Shown here piece after piece: positions 30,428 to 40,797 of a DNA stretch of 64,000 nucleotides. Positions within the stretch are counted from its first letter, which is position 1. Each line of letters opens with the position of its first letter. The DNA is taken from the NCBI GenBank assembly GCA_964487375.1, contig CAZAQA010000009.1, positions 47,747 through 111,746 of the forward strand, given 5' to 3'. The position numbers and the translations under genes are program-made. This DNA comes from an uncultured Anaerolineae bacterium. GTDB taxonomy: Bacteria; Chloroflexota; Anaerolineae; JAADDB01. The notes beneath the pieces were generated by a model. That model was not told the origin of the DNA. It did not search any database and saw nothing but the letters and a program-made list of their open reading frames with translations.

Positions 30428-31461
30428 TCAAGCACTCGCAGCACGATTTTCCCCTTCTGCTCTCCCTGCAGCATCCGTTCCAGGGCCTGACGGTAACGGG
30501 TCCAGGGCCAGATGCTGTCGATAGGTGGGTCTACACGACCTTCGAAGACCGCCCTCATGGCCGCGCGAAACTCGCTTTGCGATCCCATGGTCGAGCCGAT
30601 AATACTGATCTGCTTCCAGAACAGCAGCCGGATGTCGGCGTGGCTTTGGGGGCCGGTGGTCGCGCCCACGGTCACCAGACGGCCTCGCTTCCCCAAAGCC
30701 CGCAGGCTGTACGGGAACGTGGCCTCTCCCACATTGTCCACGACCACATCCACCCCCCGCTTGCCGGTCTCTCTGTAGACCTCTTTCCACCACGCTTGCG
30801 TTTTGTAATCATACACCACATCGGCCCCCAGGTCGCGCGCGAACCGCACTTTCTCCGAGCCGCCCGCAGCCACGTACACAAAGGCCCCGGCCATCTTCGC
30901 CAACTGAATCGCGGCACTGTTCACGCCGCCCCCCGCCCCCACGACCAGGACTCGCTCCCCCGCGTGCAGTCCGGCGCGGGTAAACAGCATCCGCCACGCG
31001 GTCAGGTAAACCAGCGGCGCTGCCGCCGCCTTCTCCATAGGATAGCCCGCAGGCACGCGCACCAAATTGCGCGTGGGCACAGCCACCATTTGAGCATACA
31101 CCCCAGGCAGATGTTCTCCCACGATGCCGTAATGCACACAGAGGCTGTGCTCTCCCCGTTCACACCACTCGCAACGGGCACACCAGCGTCCTGGGTTGGC
31201 CACCACCCGCTCGCCCACCGCCCAGTTGCTGACGCCAGGACCCAGGGCAACGATCTCCCCCGACATGTCCGAGCCGAGAACGTGGGGCAATGTCAGGTTC
31301 AGTCCTTTCCAGCCGCGGCGAACCCAGTCATCCAGGCGGTTCAAGGCCGCATAGTGAACCCGGACCAGCACCTCGTCCGGTCCGGGAGTCGGCTCGGGAA
31401 CATCCAGGAATTGCAGCACATCCAAACTATCCCCATGTTCGCGGAAGCCAATAGCGCGCAT
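30424..31461 (-). CDS. Zinc-binding alcohol dehydrogenase / quinone oxidoreductase (MDR superfamily)
   Basis: GroES-like N-domain with a structural-zinc Cys cluster CARCEWCERGEHSLC. Rossmann motif VLVVGAGGGVNSAAIQLAK. Confidence 0.8.
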   Translation of the reverse strand: MRAIGFREHGDSLDVLQFLDVPEPTPGPDEVLVRVHYAALNRLDDWVRRGWKGLNLTLPHVLGSDMSGEIVALGPGVSNWAVGERVVANPGRWCARCEWCERGEHSLCVHYGIVGEHLPGVYAQMVAVPTRNLVRVPAGYPMEKAAAAPLVYLTAWRMLFTRAGLHAGERVLVVGAGGGVNSAAIQLAKMAGAFVYVAAGGSEKVRFARDLGADVVYDYKTQAWWKEVYRETGKRGVDVVVDNVGEATFPYSLRALGKRGRLVTVGATTGPQSHADIRLLFWKQISIIGSTMGSQSEFRAAMRAVFEGRVDPPIDSIWPWTRYRQALERMLQGEQKGKIVLRVLD

Positions 31462-31547
31462 AAGCATTCCTCACCAATCGAGAAATAGTCGCGTGGAGCG
31501 AACCCCATCGATCTTGCCGCGCGACACGTCTTTTTCGTCTCTCCACA

Positions 31548-32732
31548 CTAACAGCTTCCCCGCAGGCCGAGAACCTGGCGGGCAATGACCAGGCGCTGAA
31601 TCTCGCTCGTGCCTTCATAGATCTCAGTGATCTTGGCATCGCGGAAATAGCGCTCGACGGGCAACTCCTTGCTGTAGCCCATGCCGCCGTGAATCTGCAC
31701 AGCCTGATGGGTACAGAACATGGCCGTTTCGCTGGCATAGAGCTTGGCCATAGAAGCTTCCAACGTGTAGCGCTCGCCCGTCTCCTTGGCCCGTTCCTTG
31801 GCCATGGCCGCGTTGTAAATGAGACCCCGGGCCGCCTCTACCCGCGTCTTCATGTCCGCGATCTTCCACTGGATCCCCTGGAACTCACCGATCTTGTGGC
31901 CGAATGCCTCGCGCTGCCGGGCCCATTCAACGGCTGCCTCCAACGCGGCTTCGGCCACGCCCAGGGCTTGAGAAGCAATGCCAATGCGGCCTGCATCCAG
32001 AACCGACATGGCGATTTTGAATCCCATACCCGGCTCTCCCAGGACGTTTTCCACCGGCACCTTCATGTCCTCGAAGGAAAGTTCGCAGGTAGCACTGGCC
32101 CGAATGCCGAGCTTGGGTTCGATTTTGCCCCGGATCAGGCCTGGAGTGTCCCCTTCGACAATGAAAGCGGTCACACCATGGTGCCGCTTCTCCGGTTCGG
32201 TCATGGCGAAGAGGACAAAGTAATCTGCCACGGGGCCGCTGGTGATCCAGGATTTGCGTCCGTTGATCACGTAGTAGCGACCGTCATCACTGAGGACGGC
32301 CCGCGTCTTCATGTGGCCTGCGTCCGAACCAGACTGGGGTTCGGTCAAAGCATAGGCACCAACAGCCTTCCCGCTGGCCACAGGAACCAGGTAGGTCCGC
32401 TTCTGTTCCTCGGTCCCGTAGCGTAACAGGCCATAACAATACAGCGAGTTGTTCACCGACATGATGGTACTGGTCGCCACATCCGCCCTGGCAATCTCGA
32501 TCATGGCCAGCACGTAAGAGAGCGTATCGAGGCCCGCGCCGCCGTACTCCTCGGGCACCTCGATGCCCATCAACCCCAGTTCGCCCATCTTTTTGATGAT
32601 GGGCATGGGGAATTCCCCTTTTTCGTCGTATCGGGCCGCGACCGGTACGATTTCCTTCTGAGCAAACTCTCGCACAGCATCGCGAATCATCCGATGCTCT
32701 TCATTGAGCAAGAAGCCGAATTCAACGCTCAT
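31548..32732 (-). CDS. Acyl-CoA dehydrogenase
   Basis: ACAD N, middle (YALTEPQSGSDAG) and C-terminal domains. Catalytic-base region YEGTSEIQRLVIAR. Confidence 0.9.
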   Translation of the reverse strand: MSVEFGFLLNEEHRMIRDAVREFAQKEIVPVAARYDEKGEFPMPIIKKMGELGLMGIEVPEEYGGAGLDTLSYVLAMIEIARADVATSTIMSVNNSLYCYGLLRYGTEEQKRTYLVPVASGKAVGAYALTEPQSGSDAGHMKTRAVLSDDGRYYVINGRKSWITSGPVADYFVLFAMTEPEKRHHGVTAFIVEGDTPGLIRGKIEPKLGIRASATCELSFEDMKVPVENVLGEPGMGFKIAMSVLDAGRIGIASQALGVAEAALEAAVEWARQREAFGHKIGEFQGIQWKIADMKTRVEAARGLIYNAAMAKERAKETGERYTLEASMAKLYASETAMFCTHQAVQIHGGMGYSKELPVERYFRDAKITEIYEGTSEIQRLVIARQVLGLRGSC

Positions 32733-32792
32733 GGGTGAATCCTCCTCAAAAATGCGATAAATCCTTGAAACCCGGGATGAACCTCACGCGTT

Positions 32793-35591
32793 TCACTTCA
32801 CACACAGATCTGCCAAATCACGCGGCCCCAGCCCCTTGAGTGGATAATCCTCCAGAGCAGCCAAAAGGTCCGCCCTGGAAGCAATCGCGCCCAGAGCGGC
32901 CCGGCAGGCTGTGCTCGTATCTCGGTTTTTCTGGAAGGAAGTCCACCAGGCCCGAACGAGAGGCGCCAGCGGTGTGTGCGGCCAGGTGTGCAAAAGCGTT
33001 TGCACGGTCGTCTGCACCCGGTCGAACCGGCCGTTGTGGGCGTAGGCCTGAGCCAGGTAGAAATCAGCCAGGCTGCGGATCAGGGCCAGCTCCGCGTCCG
33101 GGTTTCCGCCCTGACGACAGGCAGTCAGGGTAGAATCATTGAGAACGCGCTGTAGGCGAGAGAAAGCCCGATCCCACCCATACCGGCTCGCGGTCCGAAA
33201 AGCCACCTCGGCCTCATCCAGGGCGTACCGGGCGCAAGTCGTGCCCTCATAGCGCACGTCGTACAAGGTGTACGGCGTTCCCTTGTCCGACGCCCAGATT
33301 TGGGTGCGTTGAGGGAGGGTTGCCGGATGCTCCGTGTAAGCGTTCTCCGTCAACACGATTTCCTGTCCCGCTCCCGGCCCTTCGTCCGCGAATTCCACTC
33401 GCGCATTGTGCCCCTGGATCGTTCCCTTCACCCAGGAAGCGTAGGCCTGACCCGTCCAGGAGGCCACATGGATGCCCACTTCACAATCACGCGGCTTCAG
33501 GGAAGAGCAATTCGTCGTCTTCCAAACCACATCGCCCTGACCGTCCTGATTGAGGTCCTCCAGGGCCAGCAGCGATACGGTAGCGCTGAAGGGCTGTTGC
33601 ATGGTGACGGTGTAGACCTCTCCCTGGCGATGTAGTGCGGCCAGAATCCCGGAGGTCGGTTGGGCTTTTCCTGCGGAAGGCAAATCCAGGGCCAGGAAAA
33701 CATCCTCGTCGCCATCTCGATCAATATCCTGGCCTCCAATGCCGCCGTACGTATCACTGATGTAGCCACACTTCCGCAACGCGTTGTAAGCGCCCAAAAT
33801 ATCTCCCGGTGCCGCGTCGAGCACGTGCAGAGCCTTGGCAACCGCTCCCTTCAACGTGTCGGGACAGCCCCCTTGCCCTTCCGAAGTCTTCTTCACGTGA
33901 ACCACCGGGCAGACGTCCCCCGGTCCAAACGTCGGATTGGCCATCCCGTAATCGGCCAACATTTCCCAAAGAAGGGAGTTGCGTTCGACCGTGGGGCCCA
34001 GTGCTTTGCAGGCCTGAACAGGGTCATGGCTCGTGCTGTAGTGCTGATACCAAAGCGTCAAGGCCTGAATGTAAGGGGCATCGGCGTACATTTGCTGGGC
34101 CTGGTGGACGACCGTCTTGACCATCTGTGGTCGCCCCGCATAGGCATAACTCAGCGCCAGACGGAACCAACCAAAGCTCCGCAGTTCGGTTTCCTCGTTG
34201 GCGCGCAGCCAGCATGCCTGCAAGCTCGTATCGCTGACCACTTTTTGGAAGATGGCAATGGCATCGTCGAAACGGCCCGCCTTCAGCGCCGCGTTTCCAT
34301 CCAACACCCAGTGGTAGAGACAAGGTGACGGGTCGTAGCGGCGGCGGACCAGTTGGTATGGGCCGCTATCCTTAGAAGCCCAGATGTCCGTCCAGCTTCG
34401 TTGGGGACCGGCGCCGATAGCTTCGATCACACCGCCGTGTAAGACGATCTCCTTCCCCGGGTCCGAGGTCACATCTGCCAGGCGGACGTCGGCGTTAGGC
34501 ATGCTAATGGCCCCTTCGCTGAAGGATGTGAAAGTCGCTTCCTGCGGATGCCAGCTCAGCACGTTGACCGTTGTGCTGCAAGCCAGGATGTCGCAGCTCT
34601 TCTCTTTCCAGACCACATCGGTGTGACCATCCCCATTGATATCGTCAAACGCCAGCAGCGTGCCGACACCACCCAGGTCTTGCCGGTAAAGGGGCGTCCA
34701 CACGTTCCCTCGAAGGTGGAAGATGAACAGGGCCTCGGTCAGTGGGCCCTTGCCCTGATGGGGCTCTTTGAGGATTAAGGCCACTTCGCTCTGCCCATCG
34801 CCATTGACATCTGCAGTCAGAACCGTGTTCACCTCCGGCGCCAAACCGCACGAGCGCATCCAGTCCTGCAACCGGCCCGCCTTTCCTCCGGCTGCGGACC
34901 AGGCACGGCCCACGGCCTGCACCGCCTCCTTCGCCGTCACGGGGCAGCGGACATCAAGCGCCGGGCGTGTGGCCACGGATGTTCCTCTGCGTGGCTGCTC
35001 CGACGTAGGGGAAGCAGACCGGGTCGGCTTGGCTGCCAGGGTCGGCGTGGGGGTGGCGGCTGGGACGGCCGCTTTCGTCGGGATGGCTGTCGCCGCCGGA
35101 GCGACAGGAGGCGTCGGGACCGGGAAGGGCGTCTTTGTTGGGGGCGCCGGGATGCTTGGCGCCGGGCCGCTGGGGATAAAAATGCGGTCCCCGGCCCACA
35201 TCCAGTCGTGGGGATGGACGGCCTGGGGGTTCAAGCGCTTGAGTACCGTGACGGACACGCCGGTCCGAATGGCCAAATCCAGCCAGCTATCTCCCTCCTG
35301 GACCAGATACCAGTAACCACGTTGCCGGCTCTGGGAGCGACCACTGGGAATCCACAGTCGCTCCCCACGCCAGAGCCACAAGTTCGGATGGATGGCCTGG
35401 GGATTGACAGCCTGCAGCGCTCCAACGGGGATGCCGGTCTGGGCGGAAATAGACCACCAGGAGTCGCCAGTGCGCACGGTGTACCAGTATCCCTTCCCTG
35501 ATCCCTGCTGTGCAAGGGCGGGGCGGACGAGCGCAGATCCCAGGGCAAGGGTGACAAGTACGATGATCATCCACAGACGGGGCTTGGGCAT
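32793..35591 (-). CDS. Secreted multidomain protein: signal peptide, 2 LysM domains, Pro/Thr/Ala-rich linker, 4 FG-GAP/VCBS-like Ca-binding repeats, and TPR-like helical regions
   Basis: ATG 35591 preceded by AGGAGG. Signal peptide MPKPRLWMIIVLVTLALGSALVRPALA. LysM units YWYTVRTGDSWWSISAQTGIPVGALQAVNP and YWYLVQEGDSWLDLAIRTGVSVTVLKRLNP. Linker PAPSIPAPPTKTPFPVPTPPVAPAATAIPTKAAVPAATPTPT. Repeats DVNGDGQSEVALI, DDINGDGHTDVVWK, DRDGDEDVFLALD, EDLNQDGQGDVVWK. Confidence 0.75.
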   Translation of the reverse strand: MPKPRLWMIIVLVTLALGSALVRPALAQQGSGKGYWYTVRTGDSWWSISAQTGIPVGALQAVNPQAIHPNLWLWRGERLWIPSGRSQSRQRGYWYLVQEGDSWLDLAIRTGVSVTVLKRLNPQAVHPHDWMWAGDRIFIPSGPAPSIPAPPTKTPFPVPTPPVAPAATAIPTKAAVPAATPTPTLAAKPTRSASPTSEQPRRGTSVATRPALDVRCPVTAKEAVQAVGRAWSAAGGKAGRLQDWMRSCGLAPEVNTVLTADVNGDGQSEVALILKEPHQGKGPLTEALFIFHLRGNVWTPLYRQDLGGVGTLLAFDDINGDGHTDVVWKEKSCDILACSTTVNVLSWHPQEATFTSFSEGAISMPNADVRLADVTSDPGKEIVLHGGVIEAIGAGPQRSWTDIWASKDSGPYQLVRRRYDPSPCLYHWVLDGNAALKAGRFDDAIAIFQKVVSDTSLQACWLRANEETELRSFGWFRLALSYAYAGRPQMVKTVVHQAQQMYADAPYIQALTLWYQHYSTSHDPVQACKALGPTVERNSLLWEMLADYGMANPTFGPGDVCPVVHVKKTSEGQGGCPDTLKGAVAKALHVLDAAPGDILGAYNALRKCGYISDTYGGIGGQDIDRDGDEDVFLALDLPSAGKAQPTSGILAALHRQGEVYTVTMQQPFSATVSLLALEDLNQDGQGDVVWKTTNCSSLKPRDCEVGIHVASWTGQAYASWVKGTIQGHNARVEFADEGPGAGQEIVLTENAYTEHPATLPQRTQIWASDKGTPYTLYDVRYEGTTCARYALDEAEVAFRTASRYGWDRAFSRLQRVLNDSTLTACRQGGNPDAELALIRSLADFYLAQAYAHNGRFDRVQTTVQTLLHTWPHTPLAPLVRAWWTSFQKNRDTSTACRAALGAIASRADLLAALEDYPLKGLGPRDLADLCVK

Positions 35592-35795
35592 AATGCTCCT
35601 CCTGGACAAGACACAGGCTAACGGGACCACGAGACAAACCTCATTATACTCGAGCCCCAAAGATGCTTCAAACCACACGGTTTGCCAGGCCCCCCGCGAA
35701 GATTGGGATGAAGCGGCGCTTCACCCAACGCGAACCGCCATAAGGCCGTTTTTGCAAAACAAACCCACGGCTTTGATACCGCCGACCAGCCGCGC

Positions 35796-36860
35796 TTACG
35801 CGGGTGCGGGGGGAGAGGGACCTGCCGATGACAGGCGAGCGCGGCGCGCTTCCCGAATTGCCTGAATAATCACCACCAGAGTTACGGTGATGGGAACGGC
35901 GAAGAGAACGCCCAGCAGTCCCTTGGTTTTGGCCCCGATGAAAAGGGCAAAGAGGACCAGCGCCGGGTGCAGACCCATGACACGACCGTAGAACATGGGG
36001 GCAATGATGTGCGACTCGACCTCCATGATGAGCACGTGCGCGACCACAGCCCACAACGCCAGCCAGGGACTGACCGTCAGGGCGCTGAGCACGGCCAGAA
36101 TGATACCCACGGCTCCCCCCAGGTACGGGATCAGTTCCAAAATACCGCTAATGATGCCGATAGAGAGGGCGAAGGGGATGCCGAGGAGGGAGAATACAAT
36201 GCTGAACGCCACGGCCAGGTAGACCCCTATCGCCACCTGGGCCCATACCAGGCGCGTCAATCGCTGTACAAGCTGCTCCAGGATGGTGCTGACGTCGTCC
36301 CGGTACGGGGTCGGGACCCACTCGGCGAGGACACGATGTCCCAAAGAAACATCGGTAGCGAAAAAGAAAGCCAGGACGAAGACAACAAAAACGTCCACGG
36401 CCAGGCGGCCCAGGTTCGTCACCGCGCTGGCCAGGGGGAGAATCCAGGTGTCGATGTGCTGCCCCTGACTCCGGATGAGGGCGTCCAGGGAAGGGCCCAG
36501 TCCGGCAGGCCAGGGGATCTCCCCCACGTGCTGAAGTAAAGTGTTGAACAAGGAAGGTCCCTGGGTCTGGAGCTGAACGAACTCCATCCGTAGCATTGGT
36601 TCCAGGAGCTGACTGAGGCCGGCGAGGATGCCCAGACCAAAAGCGTATACCAGCAGCACTGCCACCGCCCGCGGGATGCGACGGCGGTGAAACAGATCGG
36701 CCAGCGGACGGATGAGAAGCGCGAGCAGGAAGGAGCTATAGAGCACCCAAAAGGCCTCGTCTACCAGTTTAATGTGGGCGATAATCAACCAGAAGGTCAG
36801 GCCCAGGGCCAACAACCGCCCCCAGGTTCTCCAGGAGAGTTCCAGATGTCCGTAGCTCAT
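35796..36860 (-). CDS. AI-2E family transporter (PerM/YhhT-like permease)
   Basis: 8 TM helices. Conserved C-terminal block LELIPYLGGAVGIILAVL...GVLFAVPI. ATG 36860 with GGAGG RBS; the upstream part of the track ORF was discarded. Confidence 0.8.
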   Translation of the reverse strand: MSYGHLELSWRTWGRLLALGLTFWLIIAHIKLVDEAFWVLYSSFLLALLIRPLADLFHRRRIPRAVAVLLVYAFGLGILAGLSQLLEPMLRMEFVQLQTQGPSLFNTLLQHVGEIPWPAGLGPSLDALIRSQGQHIDTWILPLASAVTNLGRLAVDVFVVFVLAFFFATDVSLGHRVLAEWVPTPYRDDVSTILEQLVQRLTRLVWAQVAIGVYLAVAFSIVFSLLGIPFALSIGIISGILELIPYLGGAVGIILAVLSALTVSPWLALWAVVAHVLIMEVESHIIAPMFYGRVMGLHPALVLFALFIGAKTKGLLGVLFAVPITVTLVVIIQAIREARRARLSSAGPSPPAPA

Positions 36861-37069
36861 GAACGAGGCGCCTCCCGTACACCGTTGACCCATTCTATAT
36901 GCAAATGAAGGCTTTGCCAAACAATCTCCGTCCATCAAAACGACGCCTTAAGTCTACGTCTGGTTTCCCTAAGCCTTCCGAAGGATTGCCCGATTTCCGG
37001 CCCCGGTCTATCATTGGAACCGTCGAACCGTTCACAATGACTCAAGGTCGGGAAAGGACGGGGTTGCCC

Positions 37070-38056
37070 ATGGCTACAACTGCATCTTTTTGGAAACACC
37101 GGCGTGTGTTCGTGACCGGGTGCACCGGCATTTTGGGATCCTGGTTGACCATCCACCTGGTCGAAGCCGGGGCCGAGGTAGTCGGCCTGATTCGCGACCA
37201 GGTGCCCCGTTCCAACTTAAATTGGTCGGGGTTTCGGACGAAAATCGACATCGTCCACGGCGATGTCACCGACTATGACCTGCTGGAACGCACACTGGCC
37301 GAATATGAAATCGAGGTGGTCTTCCATCTTGCCGCCCAAACTATCGTCCCCATTGCCAACCGGGTGCCGCGTCCCACCTTCGAGACCAACATCCGCGGCA
37401 CGTGGAACCTGTTGGAAGCAGCCCGGCACAACCCGACCGTGGAACGCATCGTCATTGCCTCCAGCGACAAGGCTTACGGCGAACAGCCCGTCCTGCCCTA
37501 CACGGAGGAACAACCCTTGCTGGCCCGCTATCCTTATGACGTGTCCAAAGCAGCCGCGGATATGATCGCCCGTTCCTACTATTTTACCTTCAACCTGCCT
37601 GTGGCCATCACCCGGCTGGGCAACATCTACGGTGGAGGCGACTTGAACTGGAATCGCATCGTCCCGGGGACCATTCGCAGCGTCTACTACGGCGAGGCCC
37701 CCGTTATTCGCTCAGATGGCACACCAATGCGCGACTACATCTACGTCAGGGACGCCGTGCACGCGTACATGACCCTGGCCGAGCACCTTCATCGAAGAAA
37801 TGTCCAGGGTGAGGTGTTCAACTTCGCCCCCGAACGGCCCATAAGCGCCCTGGACCTGGCCCACCTCATCATCCGCCGCATGGGACGGGTAGACCTGGAG
37901 CCTGTGGTTCTGGGGACGGCCAGGGCGGAGATTCAGAATCAATACCTGTCGGCGGAGAAGGCCCGCCGGCTGCTCGGTTGGCATCCCCGTTACACCCTCG
38001 AGGAGGGGCTCGACGAAACGATCGCCTGGTATCGGACTTTCTTCGAAGGTGAATGA
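37070..38056 (+). CDS. rfbG: CDP-glucose 4,6-dehydratase (short-chain dehydrogenase/reductase extended family)
   Basis: N-terminal [24 protein letters not shown] closely matches the RfbG signature FW-x-x-KRV-x-VTGHTGFKGSWL. Catalytic YDVSK (YxxxK). Start ATG 37070 (alternative 37037). Confidence 0.8.
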   Translation: MATTASFWKHRRVFVTGCTGILGSWLTIHLVEAGAEVVGLIRDQVPRSNLNWSGFRTKIDIVHGDVTDYDLLERTLAEYEIEVVFHLAAQTIVPIANRVPRPTFETNIRGTWNLLEAARHNPTVERIVIASSDKAYGEQPVLPYTEEQPLLARYPYDVSKAAADMIARSYYFTFNLPVAITRLGNIYGGGDLNWNRIVPGTIRSVYYGEAPVIRSDGTPMRDYIYVRDAVHAYMTLAEHLHRRNVQGEVFNFAPERPISALDLAHLIIRRMGRVDLEPVVLGTARAEIQNQYLSAEKARRLLGWHPRYTLEEGLDETIAWYRTFFEGE

Positions 38057-38080
38057 ACGTTTGGTAAGCGAGGGACCTGA

Positions 38081-39097
38081 ATGACGGAAGAGAGCACCTC
38101 TCCCACTGCCGATGCTGCTCTGCCTTCCCGGCCGCTGGTGCCCTTACGGGCTCTGGTAACCGGGGCAACGGGCTTCATCGGCTCCCACCTCACGCGCCAT
38201 CTCGTGGCCAAGGGGGTCGAAGTGCATGTCCTCATACGGCCGGGATCGGACACGTGGCGCCTGCAAGACGTCTGGTACCGGCTACACATTCACCGGGGCG
38301 ATCTGCGCGCGTACGAGGACGTGCAGCGCGTGGTACGGGCTGTGCGTCCCCAGGCCCTCTTCCACCTGGGAAGCTACGTCAACGTCAAGCGCCGCCTGGA
38401 TGATGTGGACGAGATCAACCGCGTGATCATCACCGGCACCCTCAACTTGATACGGGCGACATTGGCCGAAGCTCCCGAGTGTCTTTTCATCAACACAGGC
38501 ACCTGCGAGGAGTATGGGGATGGTCCTGTCCCCTTTCGCGAGGATCAGCTTCCCCAACCGGTGAGCCCTTATTCGGCAGCCAAGACCGCGACGACATTCT
38601 TCGTGCAAATGGCACACAAAAGTCTGGGCCTGCGCGGGGTCACCGTTCGCCCTTTCCTAACTTACGGACCTGCTCAACAGCCGCTGCGCCTGATTCCCCA
38701 GGCCATCCTGGCTGGCCTGCTCAAGCGAGAATTCAAGATGACGCCGGGAGAGCAAACTCGCGAGTTCAACTACGTCGAGGATATCGTGGCAGGCTACCTG
38801 CAGGTTGCCCGCCATCCAGATGTGGTTGGCCACATCCTCAACCTGGGGAACGGCCAGGAAGTCCAGATCCGGGAGATCGTGCGCCTCATCTTCGACCTGA
38901 TGGGCAACCCCATCCAACCTCAGATCGGAGCCCTTCCGTACCGTCCCGGGGAAACCTGGCACTTCTACAGTGACCCCCGTAAAACACAACGGCTCATCGA
39001 GTGGTACCCGATGACACCACTGAAAGACGGGTTGCGCCGGACTATCGCCTGGTATGAGCGCCACCTGGACCGCGTTCGGGAAAAATTCGGCCTCTGA
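38081..39097 (+). CDS. NAD-dependent epimerase/dehydratase family protein (nucleotide-sugar epimerase/reductase)
   Basis: GATGFIGSHL Rossmann motif. Catalytic YSAAK (YxxxK). Follows rfbG by 24 nt. Confidence 0.8.
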   Translation: MTEESTSPTADAALPSRPLVPLRALVTGATGFIGSHLTRHLVAKGVEVHVLIRPGSDTWRLQDVWYRLHIHRGDLRAYEDVQRVVRAVRPQALFHLGSYVNVKRRLDDVDEINRVIITGTLNLIRATLAEAPECLFINTGTCEEYGDGPVPFREDQLPQPVSPYSAAKTATTFFVQMAHKSLGLRGVTVRPFLTYGPAQQPLRLIPQAILAGLLKREFKMTPGEQTREFNYVEDIVAGYLQVARHPDVVGHILNLGNGQEVQIREIVRLIFDLMGNPIQPQIGALPYRPGETWHFYSDPRKTQRLIEWYPMTPLKDGLRRTIAWYERHLDRVREKFGL

Positions 39098-39107
39098 GGA
39101 AAGGGCC

Positions 39108-40733
39108 TCAGTCCTCTCCGAAGATGTCCGTCAGCGCACTGTCAAAGTCCATCGGCGGGGGCGCCTCTCCCCCCAGGGGCGTTTGCATGGCCCGATAGAA
39201 GGTTTCGTCGTACTCACGAGTGCGCAGGAGAATGGGCATAGGCACCGCATGCCCCATGATGAGCACCTGCTTCTTCGTCTCCAGACTTTCGAGGGCTCCG
39301 CGCACGGCCTGCCGCCCCGCCACCCCGGTGAGCACGGCGTCAATGTCCGCGTCCTCGGTCAACTTCCCGGTCACGCGCGTGCCCAACTGGGAGAGAACCT
39401 CCCGGTCGATGCCACTTGGCCGCTGGTCAATGACCAACAGGGTGACATTGTACTTACGCATTTCCCGGGCAATGGTGCCGAAAATCGTCTGCTGCGCCAC
39501 TTGGGGGCTGAGGAATTTGTGCGCCTCTTCAATGGTAATCATCAGGGGGACAGGCTTATCTGCCGCCTGCCTGCTCTCCTGATAACGCTCCATTTTTTTC
39601 TGGTACGCCTGACGTACCCGCCGGGTGATGATGTTGGCCACGAGCATGTGATCGAGCATGCCTGTGTTGGGGGGAAAATGAAGGATGACATGGGTTCTAC
39701 GGTCGATAAGGGCAAGCATCTCATCCACCGCCCGCTGGTCTGCATGCTCCACCACGTAAGGGCGGCGGCGAATGCGCATCAAGGCCCGGCGCAGTGCAGC
39801 CACGGACGCGGGATGGGCGCCACTCCGGCTGCAGAAATCGTCGATGGCCGCGTTATCCATGTTTAGGAGTGTGCCCAGCCATTCCTCACGGAAGTGGTCC
39901 ACCAGTAAATCCACCGTGGTCGTGGCTTTCTCCGTCAGGCTGAGCTCCTCGGAGAGGAGCAAGATGTCCTCAGGCTCTATCTGGTCCAGCCCGATTTGAA
40001 CGTGACGGTCGGCGTTGCGATTGTTTGCGTCCAGGGACCAGACCTGTACACGGGTTGGGAAAAGCTCTTTCAACCCCTTGACCCATATTCCCTCTTCGGA
40101 CTCCTTGCCGAACGCGTACTCGTCGTGCATGTCGAAGACGAGATTAACGCCCACCTTGCGGTGAATGACGCCGCAAAGGAGGAGCCGGGCCAGGAAGGAC
40201 TTCCCCGTCCCAGATTGTCCGAAAATGCCGTTGGAGCGCTCCATGAGCCGCCGCAAATCAATGGCCACAGGGATATCCGATGTCAGAGGGGTACCGATGC
40301 TAAAGCGATGATCGGAATTGGTGTCCTCGCCGAAGACTTGACGGTAATCATCCTCGCCAGCCTCTCGCAAGAGGGAGAAGTGGCCGGGAATGGTGCGCAC
40401 GGGGCGGACCCGCTCGGTGGGATCGATGAAGGGGACGTCCTCTTGCCGGGGAAGCATGAGCATGGGTTTGACCTGGGCCACAGCATACGTGCCGGTCCCT
40501 GCCAGCGCTCGAGCCGTCAACGACTTCCGATCTTGAGGCGGCTCGGCCATCAAGTTGGCATCGGTCACTTGCAACTGTAGATCGGCTATCATGCTAAAGT
40601 AAAGGTACGTTTGTCCCTCGATGACGACGAAATCACCGATGCGCACCTGCTCCGTGTTCACCTCCGCATCCAGCCGGACGGAGAGACTCGCGTTGAAGGC
40701 ACCGCCGGTCACCACTCCCAAACGTTGTGTCAT
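39108..40733 (-). CDS. herA: HerA-like ATPase (DUF87 / HAS-barrel plus FtsK-HerA-type P-loop NTPase)
   Basis: N-terminal HAS-barrel-like segment GVVTGGAFNASLSVRLDAEVNTEQVRIGDFVVIEGQTYLYFSMI. Walker A GQSGTGKS. Walker B/DEAH-like PLMITIEEAHKFL. Downstream TLLVIDQRPS typical of HerA/FtsK. Acidic C-tail. Confidence 0.65.
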   Translation of the reverse strand: MTQRLGVVTGGAFNASLSVRLDAEVNTEQVRIGDFVVIEGQTYLYFSMIADLQLQVTDANLMAEPPQDRKSLTARALAGTGTYAVAQVKPMLMLPRQEDVPFIDPTERVRPVRTIPGHFSLLREAGEDDYRQVFGEDTNSDHRFSIGTPLTSDIPVAIDLRRLMERSNGIFGQSGTGKSFLARLLLCGVIHRKVGVNLVFDMHDEYAFGKESEEGIWVKGLKELFPTRVQVWSLDANNRNADRHVQIGLDQIEPEDILLLSEELSLTEKATTTVDLLVDHFREEWLGTLLNMDNAAIDDFCSRSGAHPASVAALRRALMRIRRRPYVVEHADQRAVDEMLALIDRRTHVILHFPPNTGMLDHMLVANIITRRVRQAYQKKMERYQESRQAADKPVPLMITIEEAHKFLSPQVAQQTIFGTIAREMRKYNVTLLVIDQRPSGIDREVLSQLGTRVTGKLTEDADIDAVLTGVAGRQAVRGALESLETKKQVLIMGHAVPMPILLRTREYDETFYRAMQTPLGGEAPPPMDFDSALTDIFGED

Positions 40734-40797
40734 AGCCGATGACCCCCTTCATGCCATTCTGTTCTCGTGAAGCCGTCCCTCGGAAAGGCCATCTCTC

